A DNA stretch of 64,000 nt, taken from the NCBI RefSeq assembly GCF_037042905.1, contig NC_087251.1, positions 28,646,001 through 28,710,000 on the forward strand, given 5' to 3'. Of the stretch, positions 47,001-61,000 are shown in pieces. Under the pieces are notes generated by a model that worked only from the letters and a program-made list of their open reading frames with translations, had not been told where the DNA came from and ran no database searches. Every line of letters starts with the position of its first letter. Position 1 is the first letter of the stretch. The translations under genes and the position numbers were made by a program. Origin of the DNA: Lytechinus pictus. Its lineage: Eukaryota.

Positions 47001-48963
47001 ATTGTGTACGTACCAGGGGACGCCCAATTGATGTTCAAATTTGGGGGCGTCAAATTGATGTTCGAACTAGGGGGATGCCAATTACGTTCGAACAAGGGGT
47101 TCGCCGAATACTGTCCGGAGTAGGGGGGCGTCGAATTGATGTTCGAAGTAGGGGGCGATAAATCTTTGTTTGAACTAGGAGAGTGCAGAATTGATGTTCG
47201 AGCTAGGGGCGCGCTAAAATGATGTTCAATCTAAGGGGCGTTGCATTAATGTTCGAACCAGGGGGCGCTAAATTTTTGTTTGAACTAGGAGAGTGCAGAA
47301 TTGATGTTCGAACTAGGGAGGCGCCGAATTCATGTTCGAACCAGGGGCGCTGAATAATGTTCGAACAAGGGGTGCCAAACTGAGGGCGCCAAATTAATCT
47401 TCGTCGTAGGGAGCGCCAAATTAATGTTCGAATTAGGGGGCACCAAAGTGATGTTCGAACCAAGGGGCGCCCATTAGCTGTTCAAATTTTGGGGCATCGA
47501 ATTGATGTTCGAAGTAGGGGCGATACATTTTTGTTTGAACTAGGACAGTGCAGAAATAACGTTCGAACTTTTGGGGCGCCGTTATGATGTTCAATCTAGG
47601 GGGCGTTGAATTGACGTTCGAAGTAGGGGGCGCCAAAAAATAATGTTCGAAATAGGGGGGCGCCGAATATTGTTCGGATTAGGAGGTCGACGAATTGATG
47701 TTCGAACAAGGGGCGCCCATTTGATGTTAAAATTTGGGGGCATCAAATTAATGTTCGAACTAGGGGGATGCCAAATTGATGTTCGAACAAGGGGTGGGGG
47801 GGGGGCGCCCATTTGATGTTCAAACTTTGGGGCGTCGAATTGATGTTAGAACTAGGGGGTGGATGCCAAATTGATGTTCAAACTAGGGGGCGCCAAATTA
47901 ATGTTCGTCCTAGGGGGTGCCAAATTAATGTTCGAATTAGGGGGCACCAAAGTGATGTTTGAACTAGGGGGCGCCGAATCGATGTTCGAACCAGGGGGGG
48001 GGGTGCAAATTACGTTTGAACTAGTGGCGCCGGATAATATTCGAACAAAGGGGTGCCGAATACTGTTCGGATTAGGAGGGCGTCGAATTGATGTTCGAAC
48101 CAGGGGCGCCCATTTGATATTCAAATTTGGGGGCATCAAATTGATGTTCGAACTAGGGGGATACCAAATACGTTTTAAATAGGGGCGCTGAACAAGAGAG
48201 TGCAGAATTGATGTTCGAACTAGGGGGCGCCGAATTGATGTTCGAACCAGGGGGCGCCCATTTGATGTTCAAACTTGGGGGCTTCCAATTGATGTTCGAA
48301 CTAGGGCGATGCCAAATTGATGTTCAAACTGAGGGCACCAAATTAATGTTAGTACTATGGGGCGCCAAGTTAATGTTCGAATTAGGGCGCACCGAAGTGA
48401 TGTTCGAACCAGGGGTGCCGAACTGATGTTCAAACTAGGGGGCGCCAAGTTGATGTTCGAACTAGGGGGCGCCAAATAAATGATCGAATTAGGGAGCACC
48501 GAAGTAATGTTCGAACCAGGGGGTGCCGAAATGATGTTCAAATTAGGGGGGCGCCGTATTGATGTTCGAACCAGGGGGCGCCCAATTGATGTTCAAATTT
48601 AGGGGCGTCGAATTGATGTTCGAACTAAGGGGGATGCCAAATACTTTTGAACTAGGGATGCCGAATAATGTTCGAACAAGGGGCGCCAAATTCTGTTCGG
48701 AGTAGGGGGGCTTCGAATTGATGTTCGAAGTAGGGGGTGCTAAATTTTTCTTTGAACTAGGGGGTTAGTGCCAAATTGATGTTCGAACTAAGGGGGCACC
48801 GAATTGATGTTTGAATCAGGGGGGTGCCGAATAATGTTTAAACTAGGGGGTAGGGGCGTCAAATTGATGTTCAAACTCAGGGGGGAGGGGCGTCGAATCG
48901 ATGTTTGAACCAAGGGGCGCCGTATTGACAATCAAACTGCGGGGAGGGGGGGTTAAATTAATG

Positions 48964-49027
48964 TATATTTATTTATTTATTTTATTTATTTCAAATCTTT
49001 ATCCAGAGTAGCCTGTTCAGCCTTATA
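48964..49027 (-). mobile_element. ~60-bp retroposon-like 3' tail inserted in the satellite; further copies at ~52189-52252, ~58311-58374, ~61172-61235
   Basis: Reverse complement reads ggctgaacaggctactctggataaagatttgaaataaataaaataaataaataaa; flanked by tata on both sides. Confidence 0.6.
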
Positions 49028-52000
49028 CAAACCAGGGCGCCGCCGAAATTATGTTCAATCTAGGGCGCATCGAATTTATGTTCGAACCAGGGGGCGCCAT
49101 TTTTTTGTTTAAACTAGGAGAGTGGAGAATCAATGTTCGAACTTGTGGATGGTGCCAAATTGAAGTTCGAACCAGGGGTGGGGCGCCCATTTGATGTTCA
49201 AACTTGGGGGCGTCGAATTGATGTTTGAACTAGGGGCGACAAATTAATGTTCGTCCTAGGGGGGCACCAAATTGATGTTCAAACTAAGGGGGGGGGGCGC
49301 CGCAAAATATGCGAAGTAGAGGGTGCTGAATTGATGTTCAAACTAGGGGGCGCCAAATTTAGGTTTGTACTAGGGGGGCACCACATTAATGTTCGTCCTA
49401 GGGGGCGCCAAATTAATGTTCGAATTAGGGGGCACCGAAGTCATGTTCGAACCAAGGGGCGCCCATTAGATGTTCAAACATGGGGCGTCGAATTGGTGTT
49501 CGAACTAGGGGGATGCCAAATTGATATTCAAACTGAGGGCGCCAAATTAATGTTCGTCCTAGGGGGAGCCAAATTAATGTTCGAATTAGGGGGCACCGAA
49601 GTGATGTTCGAAACAGGGGGTGCCGAACTGATGTTCAAACTAGGGGGCGCAAAGTTGATGTTCAAACTAGGGGGCGCCAAATAATGTTCGAAATAGGGGG
49701 ACGCCGAATAATGTTCGGATTAGGAGGACGTCGAATTGATGTTCGAACCAGCGGGCGCCCATTTGATGTTCAAACTTGGCGGCGTCGAATTGATATTCGA
49801 ACTAGGGGGATGCCAAATTGATGTTCAAACTGAGGGCGCCGAATAATGTTCCAACCAGGGGGTGCCGAACTGATGTTCAAACTAGGGGGCGCCAAGTTGA
49901 TGTTTAAACTAGGGGGCGCCAAATAATGTTCGAAATAGGGGCGTCGAATTGATGTTCAAACTAGGGGGACGCCAAATAATGTTCGAAATAGGGGGACGCC
50001 GAATAATGTTCGGATTAGGAGGGCGTCGAATTGTTGTTCGAACCAGCGGGCGCCCATTTGATGTTCAAACTTGGCGGCGTCGAATTGATGTTCGAACTAG
50101 GGGGATGCCAAATTGATGTTCAAACTGAGGGCGCCAAATTAATGTTCGTTCTAGGGGGCGCCAAATTAATGTTCGAATTAAGGAGGCGCCGAATAATGTT
50201 CGAACTCGGGGGGAGGTGTTGAATTGATGTTTGAAGAAGGGGAGCGCCGAATTGATGTTCAAACTAGGGGGCACCAAATTGATGTTCAAAGTAAGAGCGA
50301 CAAATTAATGTACGTCCTAGGAGGGGGCACCGAAGTGATGTTCGAAACAGGGGGTGCCGAACTGATGTTCAAACTAGGGGGCGCAAAGTTGATGTTCAAA
50401 CTAGGGGGCGCCAAATAATGTTCGAAATAGGGGGACGCCGAATAATGTTCGGATTAGGAGGACGTCGAATTGATGTTCGAACCAGCGGGCGCCCATTTGA
50501 TGTTCAAACTTGGCGGCGTCGAATTGATATTCGAACTAGGGGGATGCCAAATTGATGTTCAAACTGAGGGCGCCGAATAATGTTCCAACCAGGGGGTGCC
50601 GAACTGATGTTCAAACTAGGGGGCGCCAAGTTGATGTTTAAACTAGGGGGCGCCAAATAATGTTCGAAATAGGGGCGTCGAATTGATGTTCAAACTAGGG
50701 GGACGCCAAATAATGTTCGAAATAGGGGGACGCCGAATAATGTTCGGATTAGGAGGGCGTCGAATTGTTGTTCGAACCAGCGGGCGCCCATTTGATGTTC
50801 AAACTTGGCGGCGTCGAATTGATGTTCGAACTAGGGGGATGCCAAATTGATGTTCAAACTGAGGGCGCCAAATTAATGTTCGTTCTAGGGGGCGCCAAAT
50901 TAATGTTCGAATTAAGGAGGCGCCGAATAATGTTCGAACTCGGGGGGAGGTGTTGAATTGATGTTTGAAGAAGGGGAGCGCCGAATTGATGTTCAAACTA
51001 GGGGGCACCAAATTGATGTTCAAAGTAAGAGCGACAAATTAATGTACGTCCTAGGAGGGGGCGCCGAATTGATGGTCGAACCAGGGGGCGCCCATTTGAT
51101 GTTCAAAATTGGGCGCGTCCAATTGATGTTCGAACTAGGGGGATGCCAAATTGATGTTCAGATGTTCAAACTGAGGGCACCAAATTAATGTTAGTCCTAG
51201 GGGGCGCCAAATTAGTGTTCGAATTAGGGGGCACCGAAGTGATGTTCGAACCAGGGGTGCCGAACTGATGTTCAAACTAGGGGGCACCAAGTTGATGTTC
51301 GAACTAGGGGGCGCCAAATTAATGATCGAATTAGGGAGCACCGAAGTAATGTTCGAACCAGGGGGTGCCGAACTGATGTTCAAATTAGGGGGGCGCCGTA
51401 TTGATGTTCGAACCAGGGGGCGCCCAATTGATGTTCAAATTTGGGGGCGTCGAATTGATGTTCGAACTAGGGGGGATGCCAAATACTTTTGAACTAGGGG
51501 TGCCGAATAATGTTCGAATTAGGGGGCACCGAATTGATGTTCGAACCAGGGGATGCCAAATTGATGTTCAAACTGAGGGCGCCAAATTAATGTTCGTCCT
51601 AGGGGGCGCCAAATTAATGTTCGAATTAAGGGGGCGCCGAATAATGTTCGAACTCGGGGGGAGGTGTTGAATTGATGTTTGAAGTAGGGGAGCGCCGAAT
51701 TAATGTTCATCCTAGGGGGGGGGGGGGGACCGAATTGATGTTCGAACCAGGAAGCGCCCATTTGATGTTCAAACTTGGGGGCGTTGAATTGATGTTCGAA
51801 CGATGGGGGATGCCAAATTGATGTTCAAACTTTGGGCGCCAAAGTGATGTTCGTCCTAGGGCGTCGCCAAATTAACGTTCGAATTAGGGGGTGCCGAATT
51901 GATATTCGAACCAGGGGGCGCCGAATCAATGTTCAAACTAGGGGGTGCCAAATTAATGTTCGAATTAGGGGGGCTTCGAATTGATGTTCGAAGTAGGGGG

Positions 52001-55000
52001 TGCTAAATTTTTCTTTGAACTAGGGGGTTAGTGCCAAATTGATGTTCGAACTAAGGGGGCACCGAATTGATGTTTGAATCAGGGGGGTGCCGAATAATGT
52101 TCGAACTAGGGGGGAGGGGCGTCGAATCGATGTTTGAACCAGGGGGCGCCGTATTGACAATCAAACTGCGGGGGGGAGTAAATTAATGTATATTCATTTA
52201 TTTATTTTATTTATTTCAAATCTTTATCCAGAGTAGCCTGTTCAGCCTTATACAAACCAGGGCGCCGCCGAAATTATGTTCAATCTAGGGCGCATCGAAT
52301 TTATGTTTGAACCAGGGGGCGCCATTTTTTTGTTTTAACTAGGAGGCACCGAAGTGATGTTCGAACCAGGGGTGCCGAACTGATGTTCAAACTAGGGGGC
52401 GCCAAGTTGATGTTCGAACTAGGGGGCGCCAAATTAATGATCGAATTAGGGAGCACCGAAGTAATGTTCGAACCAGGGGGTGCCGAACTGATATTCGAAC
52501 CAGGGGGCGCCGAATCGATGTTCAAACTAGGGGGTGCCAAATTAATGTTCGAATTAGGGGGCACCGAAGAGATGTTCGAACTAGGGGGCGCCGAATCGAT
52601 GTTCAAACTAGGGGGTGCAAAATTAATGTTCGAATTAGGTGGCACCGAAGTGATGTTCGAACCAGTGGGCGCCGAACTGATTTTCAAACTAGGGGGTGCC
52701 AAAGTGGTGTTCGAACAAGGAGTGGGGGGGGGGGGTGGGGCGCCCATTTGATGTTCAAACTTCGGGGCGTCGAATTGATGTTAGAACTAGGGGGTGGATG
52801 CCAAATTGATGTTCGTTCTAGGGGGTGCCAAATTAATGTTCGAATTAGGGGGCACCGAAGTGATGTTCGAACCAGGGGGTGCCGAACTGATGTTCAAACT
52901 AGGGGGCGCCAAGTTGATGTTCAAACTAGGGGGCGCCAAATAATGTTCGAAATAGGGGGACGCCGAATAATGTTCGGATTAGGAGGGCGTCGAATTGATG
53001 TTCGAACCAGCGGGCGCCCATTTGATGTTCAAACCTGGCGGCGTCGAATTGATGTTCGAACTAGGGGGATGCCAAATTGATGTTCAAACTGAGGGCGCCA
53101 AATTAATGTTCGTTCTAGGGGGCGCCAAATTAATGTTCGAATTAAGGGGGCGCCGAATAATGTTCCAACCAGGGGGTGCCGAACTGATGTTCAAACTAGG
53201 GGGCGCCAAGTTGATGTTCAAACTAGGGGGCGCCAAATAATGTTCGAAATAGGGGGACGCCGAATAATGTTCGGATTAGGAGGGCGTCGAATTGATGTTC
53301 GAACCAGCGGGCGCCCATTTGATGTTCAAACTTGGCGGCGTCGAATTGATGTTCGAACTAGGGGGATGCCAAATTGATGTTCAAACTGAGGGCGCCAAAT
53401 TAATGTTCGTTCTAGGGGGCGCCAAATTAATGTTCGAATTAAGGGGGCGCCGAATAATGTTCCAACCAGGGGGTGCCGAACTGATGTTCAAACTAGGGGG
53501 CGCCAAATAATGTTCGAAATAGGGGGACGCCGAATAATGTTCGGATTAGGAGGGTGCTGAATTGATGTTCAAACTAGGGGGCGCCAAATTTAGGTTTGTA
53601 CTAGGGGGGCACCACATTAATGTTCGTCCTAGGGGGCGCCAAATTAATGTTCGAATTAGGGGGCACCGAAGTCATGTTCGAACCAAGGGGCGCCCATTAG
53701 ATGTTCAAACATCGGGCGTCGAATTGGTGTTCGAACTAGGGGGATGCCAAATTGATATTCAAACTGAGGGCGCCAAATTAATGTTCGTCCTAGGAGGAGC
53801 CAAATTAATGTTCGAATTAGGGGGCACCGAAGTGATGTTCAAACTAGGGGGCGCCAAGTTGATGTTCAAACTAGGGGGCGACAAATAATGTTCGAAATAG
53901 GGGACGCCGAATAATGTTCGGATTAGGAGGGCGTCGACTTGATGTTCGAACCAGCGGGCGCCCATTTGATGTTCAAACCTGGCGGCGTCGAATTGATGTT
54001 CGAACTAGGGGGATGCCAAATTGATGTTCAAACTGAGGGCGCCAAATTAATGTTCGTTCTAGGGGGCGCCAAATTAATGTTCGAATTAAGGGGGCGCCGA
54101 ATAATGTTCCAACCAGGGGGTGCCGAACTGATGTTCAAACTAGGGGGCGCCAAGTTGATGTTCAAACTAGGGGGCGCCAAATATTGTTCGAAATAGGGGG
54201 ACGCCGAATAATGTTCGGATTAGGAGGGCGTCGAATTGATGTTCGAACCAGCGGGCGCCCATTTGATGTTCAAACTTGGCGGCGTCGAATTGATGTTCGA
54301 ACTAGGGGGATGCCAAATTGATGTTCAAACTGAGGGCGCCAAATTAATGTTCGTTCTAGGGGGCGCCAAATTAATGTTCGAATTAAGGGGGCGCCGAATA
54401 ATGTTCAAACCAGGGGGTGCCGAACTGATGTTCAAACTAGGGGGTGCCAAATTGATATTCGAACTAATGGGCGTCAAAAATTGATGTTTGAACAAGAGGC
54501 ACCGAATAATGCTCGAACAGGGGGGCGTCGAATTGATGTTTGAAGTAGCGGAACGCCGAATTTTCGTGCAAACTAGGATGGTGTAGAATTAATATTCGTC
54601 CTAGGGGGCACCAAATTTATGTTCGAACTAGGGGGCACAAAATTGATGTTCGATCAAGGGTGTCGCCGAAAACGTTCGAGTTAGAGGGCGCTGAATTGAT
54701 GTTAAAACTAGGTGGGTTAGTGCCAAATTGATGTTTAAACTAGGGGCGCCAAATTGATGTTTGAACTAGGGATCGCCAAATTGATATTCGAACTAAGGGG
54801 GCACCGAATTGATGTTTGAATCAGGGAGCGCCAAATTGATATTCGAACTAAGGGGGCACCGAATTGATGTTTGAATCAGGGGGTGCCGAACTGATGTTCA
54901 AACTAAGGGGCGCCAAGTTGATGTTCGAACTAGGGGGCGCCAAATAATGTTCGAATTAGGGGGCGCAAAATAATGTTCGAACTCGGGGGGGGGGGTGTTA

Positions 55001-58000
55001 AATTAATGTTTGTAGTAGGGGAGCGCCGAATTTTCGTACGAACTAGGAGGGCGCCAAATTAATGTTCGAATTAGGGAGCACCGAACCGATGTTCAAACTA
55101 GGGGGGGGGGGCGCCGAATTGTGTACGGACCAGGGGACGCCCAATTGATGTTCAAATTTGGGGGCGTCAAATTGATGTTCGGATTAGGAGGACGTCGAAA
55201 TGATGTTCGAACCAGCGGGCGCCCATTTGATGTTCAAACTTGGCGGCGTCGAATTGATGTTCGAAGTAGGGGGCGATAAATCTTTGTTTGAACTAGGAGA
55301 GTGCATAATTGATGTTCGAGCTAGGGGCGCGCCAAAATGATGTTCAATCTAAGGGGCGTTGCATTAATGTTCGAACCAGGGGGCGCTAAATTTTTGTTTG
55401 AACTAGGAGAGTGCAGAATTAATGTTCGAACTAGGGAGGCGCCGAATTCATGTTCGAACCAGGGGCGCTGAATAATGTTCGAACAAGGGGTGCCAAACGG
55501 AGGGCGCCAAATTAATCTTCGTCGTAGGGAGCGCCAAATTAATGTTCGAATTAGGGGGCACCGAAGTGATGTTCGAAACAGGGGGCGCCCATTAGCTGTT
55601 CAAATTTTGGGGCGCCGAATTGATGTTTGAACTAGGGGGCGCAAAATTAATGTTCGTCCTAGGGGCGCCAAATTAATGTTCGAATTAGGGGGCACCGAAG
55701 TGATGTTCGAACCAAGGGGCGCCCATTAGCTGTTCAAATTTTGGGGCATCGAATTGATGTTCGAAGTAGGGGCGATAAATTTTTGTTTGAACTAGGACAG
55801 TGCAGAAATAACGTTCGAACTTTTGGGGCGCCGTTATGATGTTCAATCTAGAGGGCGTTGAATTGACGTTCGAGGTAGGGGGCGCCAAAAAATAATGTTC
55901 GAAATAGGTGGGCGCCGAATACTGTTCGGATTAGGAGGTCGACGAATTGATGTTCGAACAAGGGGCGCCCATTTGATGTTAAATTTGGGGGCATCAAATT
56001 AATGTTCGAACTAGGGGGATGCCAAATTGATGTTCGAACAAGGGGTGGGGGGGGGGAGCCCATTTGATGTTCAAACTTTGGGGCGTCGAATTGATGTTAG
56101 AACTAGGGGGTGGATGCCAAATTGATGTTCAAACTAGGGGGCGCCAAATTAATGTTCGTCCTAGGGGTGCCAAATTAATATTCGAATTAGGGGGCACCAA
56201 AGTGATGTTTGAACTAGGGGGCGCCGAATCGATGTTCGAACCATGGGGGGGGGGGTGCAAAATACGTTTGAACTAGTGGCGCCGGATAATATTCGAACAA
56301 AGGGGCGCCGAATACTGTTCGGATTAGGAGGGCGTCGAATTGATGTTCGAACCAGGGGCGCCCATTTGATATTCAAATTTGGGGACATCAAATTGATGTT
56401 CGAACTAGGGGGATACCAAATACTTTTAAAATAGGGGCGCTGAACAAGAGAGTGCAGAATTGATGTTCGAACTAGGGGGCGCCGAATTGATGTTCGAACC
56501 AGGGGGCGCCCATTTGATGTTCAAACTTGGGGGCTTCCAATTGATGTTCGAACTAGGGCAATGCCAAATTGATGTTCAAACTGAGGGCACCAAATTAATG
56601 TTAGTACTATGGGGCGCCAAGTTAATGTTCGAATTAGGGCGCACCGAAGTGATGTTCGAACCAGGGGTGCCGAACTGATGTTCAAACTAGTGGGCGCCAA
56701 GTTGATGTTCGAACTAGGGGGCGCCAAATTAATGATCGAATTAGGGAGCACCGAAGTAATGTTCGTCCTAGGGGCGCCAAATTAATGTTCGAATTAGGGG
56801 GCACCGAAGTGATGTTCGAACCAAGGGGCGCCCATTAGCTGTTCAAATTTTGGGGCATCGAATTGATGTTCGAAGTAGGGGCGATAAATTTTTGTTTGAA
56901 CTAGGACAGTGCAGAAATAACGTTCGAACTTTTGGGGCGCCGTTATGATGTTCAATCTAGGGGGCGTTGAATTGACGTTCGAGGTAGGGGGCACCAAAAA
57001 ATAATGTTCGAAATAGGGGGGCGCCGAATACTGTTCGGATTAGGAGGTCGACGAATTGATGTTCGAACAAGGGGCGCCCATTTGATGTTAAATTTGGGGG
57101 CATCAAATTAATGTTCGAACTAGGGGGATGCCAAATTGATGTTCGAACAAGGGGTGGGGGGGGGGCGCCCATTTGATGTTCAAACTTTGGGGCGTCGAAT
57201 TGATGTTAGAACTAGGGGGTGGATGCCAAATTGATGTTCAAACTAGGGGGCGCCAAATTAATGTTCGTCCTAGGGGTGCCAAATTAATGTTCGAATTAGG
57301 GGGCACCAAAGTGATGTTTGAACTAGGGGGCGCCGAATCGATGTTCGAACCAGGGGGGGTGCAAAATACGTTTGAACTAGTGGCGCCGGATAATATTCGA
57401 ACAAAGGGGCGCCGAATACTGTTCGGATTAGGAGGGCGTCGAATTGATGTTCGAACCAGGGGCGCCCATTTGATATTCAAATTTGGGGGCATCAAATTGA
57501 TGTTCGAACTAGGGGGATACCAAATACGTTTTAAATAGGGGCGCTGAACAAGAGAGTGCAGAATTGATGTTCGAACTAGGGGGCGCCGAATTGATGTTCG
57601 AACCAGGGGGCGCCCATTTGATGTTCAAACTTGGGGGCTTCCAATTGATGTTCGAACTAGGGCAATGCCAAATTGATGTTCAAACTGAGGGCACCAAATT
57701 AATGTTAGTACTATGGGGCGCCAAGTTAATGTTCGAATTAGGGCGCACCGAAGTGATGTTCGAACCAGGGGTGCCGAACTGATGTTCAAACTAGTGGGCG
57801 CCAAGTTGATGTTCGAACTAGGGGGCGCCAAATTAATGATCGAATTAGGGAGCACCGAAGTAATGTTCGAACCAGGGGGTGCCAAAATGATGTTCAAATT
57901 AGGGGGGCGCCGTATTGATGTTCGAACCAGGGGGCGCCCAATTGATGTTCAAATTTAGGGGCGTCGAATTGATGTTCGAACTAAGGGGGATGCCAAATAC

Positions 58001-61000
58001 TTTTGAACTAGGGGTGCCGAATAATGTTCGAACAAGGGGCGCCAAATTCGGTTCGGAGTAGGGGGGCTTCGAATTGATGTTCGAAGTAGGGGGTGCTAAA
58101 TTTTTCTTTGAACTAGGGGGTTAGTGCCAAATTGATGTTCGAACTAAGGGGGCACCGAATTGAATCAGGGGGGTGCCGAATAATGTTCGAACTAGGGGGT
58201 AGGGGCGTCAAATTGATTTTCAAACTGAGGGGGGAGGGGCGTCGAATCGATGTTTGAACCAGGGGGCGCCGTATTGACAATCAAACTGCGGGGGGGGGGG
58301 TAAATTAATGTATATTTATTTATTTATTCTATTTATTTCAAATCTTTATCCAGAGTAGCCTTTTCAGCCTTATACAAACCAGGGCGCCGCCGAAATTATG
58401 TTCAATCTAGGGCGCATCGAATTTATGTTCGAACCAGGGGGCGCCATTTTTTGTTTTAACTAGGAGAGTGGAGAATCAATGTTCGAACTTGTGGATGGTG
58501 CCAAATTGAAGTTCGAACCAGGGGTGGGGCGCCCATTTGATGTTCAAACTTGGGGGCGTCGAATTGATGTTTGAACTAGGGGCGACAAATTAATGTTCGT
58601 CCTAGGGGGGCACCAAATTGATGTTCAAACTAAGGGGGAGGGGCGCCGCAAAATATGCGAAGTAGAGGGTGCTGAATTGATGTTCAAACTAGGGGGCGCC
58701 AAATTTAGGTTTGTACTAGGGGGGCACCACATTAATGTTCGTCCTAGGGGGCGCCAAATTAATGTTCGAATTAGGGGGCACCGAAGTCATGTTCGAACCA
58801 AGGGGCGCCCATTAGATGTTCAAACATCGGGCGTCGAATTGGTGTTCGAACTAGGGGGATGCCAAATTGATATTCAAACTGAGGGCGCCAAATTAATGTT
58901 CGTTCTAGGGGGCGCCAAATTAATGTTCGAATTAAGGGGGCGCCGAATAATGTTCCAACCAGGGGGTGCCGAACTGATGTTCAAACTAGGGGGCGCCAAG
59001 TTGATGTTTAAACTAGGGGGCGCCAAATAATGTTCGAAATAGGGGGACGCCGAATAATGTTCGGATTAGGAGGGCATCGAATTGATGTTCGAACCAGCGG
59101 GCGCCCATTTGATGTTCAAACTTGGCGGCGTCGAATTGATGTTCGAACTAGGGGGATGCCAAATTGATGTTCAAACTGAGGGCGCCAAATTAATGTTCGT
59201 TCTAGGGGGCGCCAAATTAATGTTCGAATTAAGGAGGCGCCGAATAATGTTCGAACTCGGGGGGAGGTGTTGAATTGATGTTTGAAGAAGGGGAGCGCCG
59301 AATTGATGCTCAAACTAGGGGGCACCAAATTGATGTTCAAAGTAAGAGCGACAAATTAATGTTCGTCCTAGGAGGGGGCGCCGAATTGATGTTCGAACCA
59401 GGGGGCGCCCATTTGATGTTCAAACTTGGGCGCGTCCAATTGATGTTCGAACTAGGGGGATGCCAAATTGATGTTCAGATGTTCAAACTGAGGGCACCAA
59501 ATTAATGTTAGTCCTAGGGGGCGCCAAATTAGTGTTCGAATTAGGGGGCACCGAAGTGATGTTCGAACCAGGGGTGCCGAACTGATGTTCAAACTAGGGG
59601 GCACCAAGTTGATGTTCGAACTAGGGGGCGCCAAATTAATGATCGAATTAGGGAGCACCGAAGTAATGTTCGAACCAGGGGTGCCGAACTGATGTTCAAA
59701 CTAGGGGGCACCAAGTTGATGTTCGAACTAGGGGGCGCCAAATTAATGATCGAATTAGGGAGCACCGAAGTAATGTTCGAACCAGGGGGGTGCCGAACTG
59801 ATGTTCAAATTAGGGGGCACCAAATTGATGTTCGAACCAGGGGGCGCCCAATTGATGTTCAAATTTGGGGGCGTCGAATTGATGTTCGAACTAGGGGGGA
59901 TGCCAAATACTTTTGAAGTAGGGGTGCCGAATAATGTTCGAATTAGGGGGCACCGAATTGATGTTCGAACCAGGGGATGCTAAATTGATGTTCAAACTGA
60001 GGGCGCCAAATTAATGTTCGTCCTAGGGGGCGCCAAATTAATGTTCGAATTAAGGGGGCGCCGAATAATGTTCGAACTCGGGGGGAGGTGTTGAATTGAT
60101 GTTTGAAGTAGGGGAGCGCCGAATTAATGTTCATCCTAGGGGGGGGGGGGACCGAATTGATGTTCGAACCAGGAAGCGCTTATTTGATGTTCAAACTTGG
60201 GGGCGTTGAATTGATGTTCGAACGATGGGGGGATGCCAAATTGATGTTCAAACTTTGGGCGCCAAAGTGATGTTCGAATTAGGGAGCACCGAAGTAATGT
60301 TCGAACCAGGGGGTGCCGAACTGATGTTCAAATTAGGGGGGCGCCGTATTGATGTTCGAACCAGGGGGCGCCCAATTGATGTTCAAATTTGGGGGCGTCG
60401 AATTGATGTTCGAACTAGGGGGGATGCCAAATACTTTTGAAGTAGGGGTGCCGAATAATGTTCGAATTAGGGGGCACCGAATTGATGTTCGAACCAGGGG
60501 ATGCTAAATTGATGTTCAAACTGAGGGCGCCAAATTAATGTTCGTCCTAGGGGGCGCCAAATTAATGTTCGAATTAAGGGGGCGCCGAATAATGTTCGAA
60601 CTCGGGGGGAGGTGTTGAATTGATGTTTGAAGTAGGGGAGCGCCGAATTAATGTTCATCCTAGGGGGGGGGGGGGACCGAATCAATGTTCGAACCAGGAA
60701 GCGCTTATTTGATGTTCAAACTTGGGGGCGTTGAATTGATGTTCGAACGATGGGGGGATGCCAAATTGATGTTCAAACTTTGGGCGCCAAAGTGATGTTC
60801 GTCCTAGGGCGTCGCCAAATTAACGTTCGAATTAGGGGGTGCCGAATTGATATTCGAACCAGGGGGCGCCGAATCAATGTTCAAACTAGGGGGTGCCAAA
60901 TTAATGTTCGAATTAGGGGGGCTTCGAATTGATGTTCGAAGTAGGGGGTGGTAAATTTTTCTTTGAACTAGGGGGTTAGTGCCATATTGATGTTCGAACT

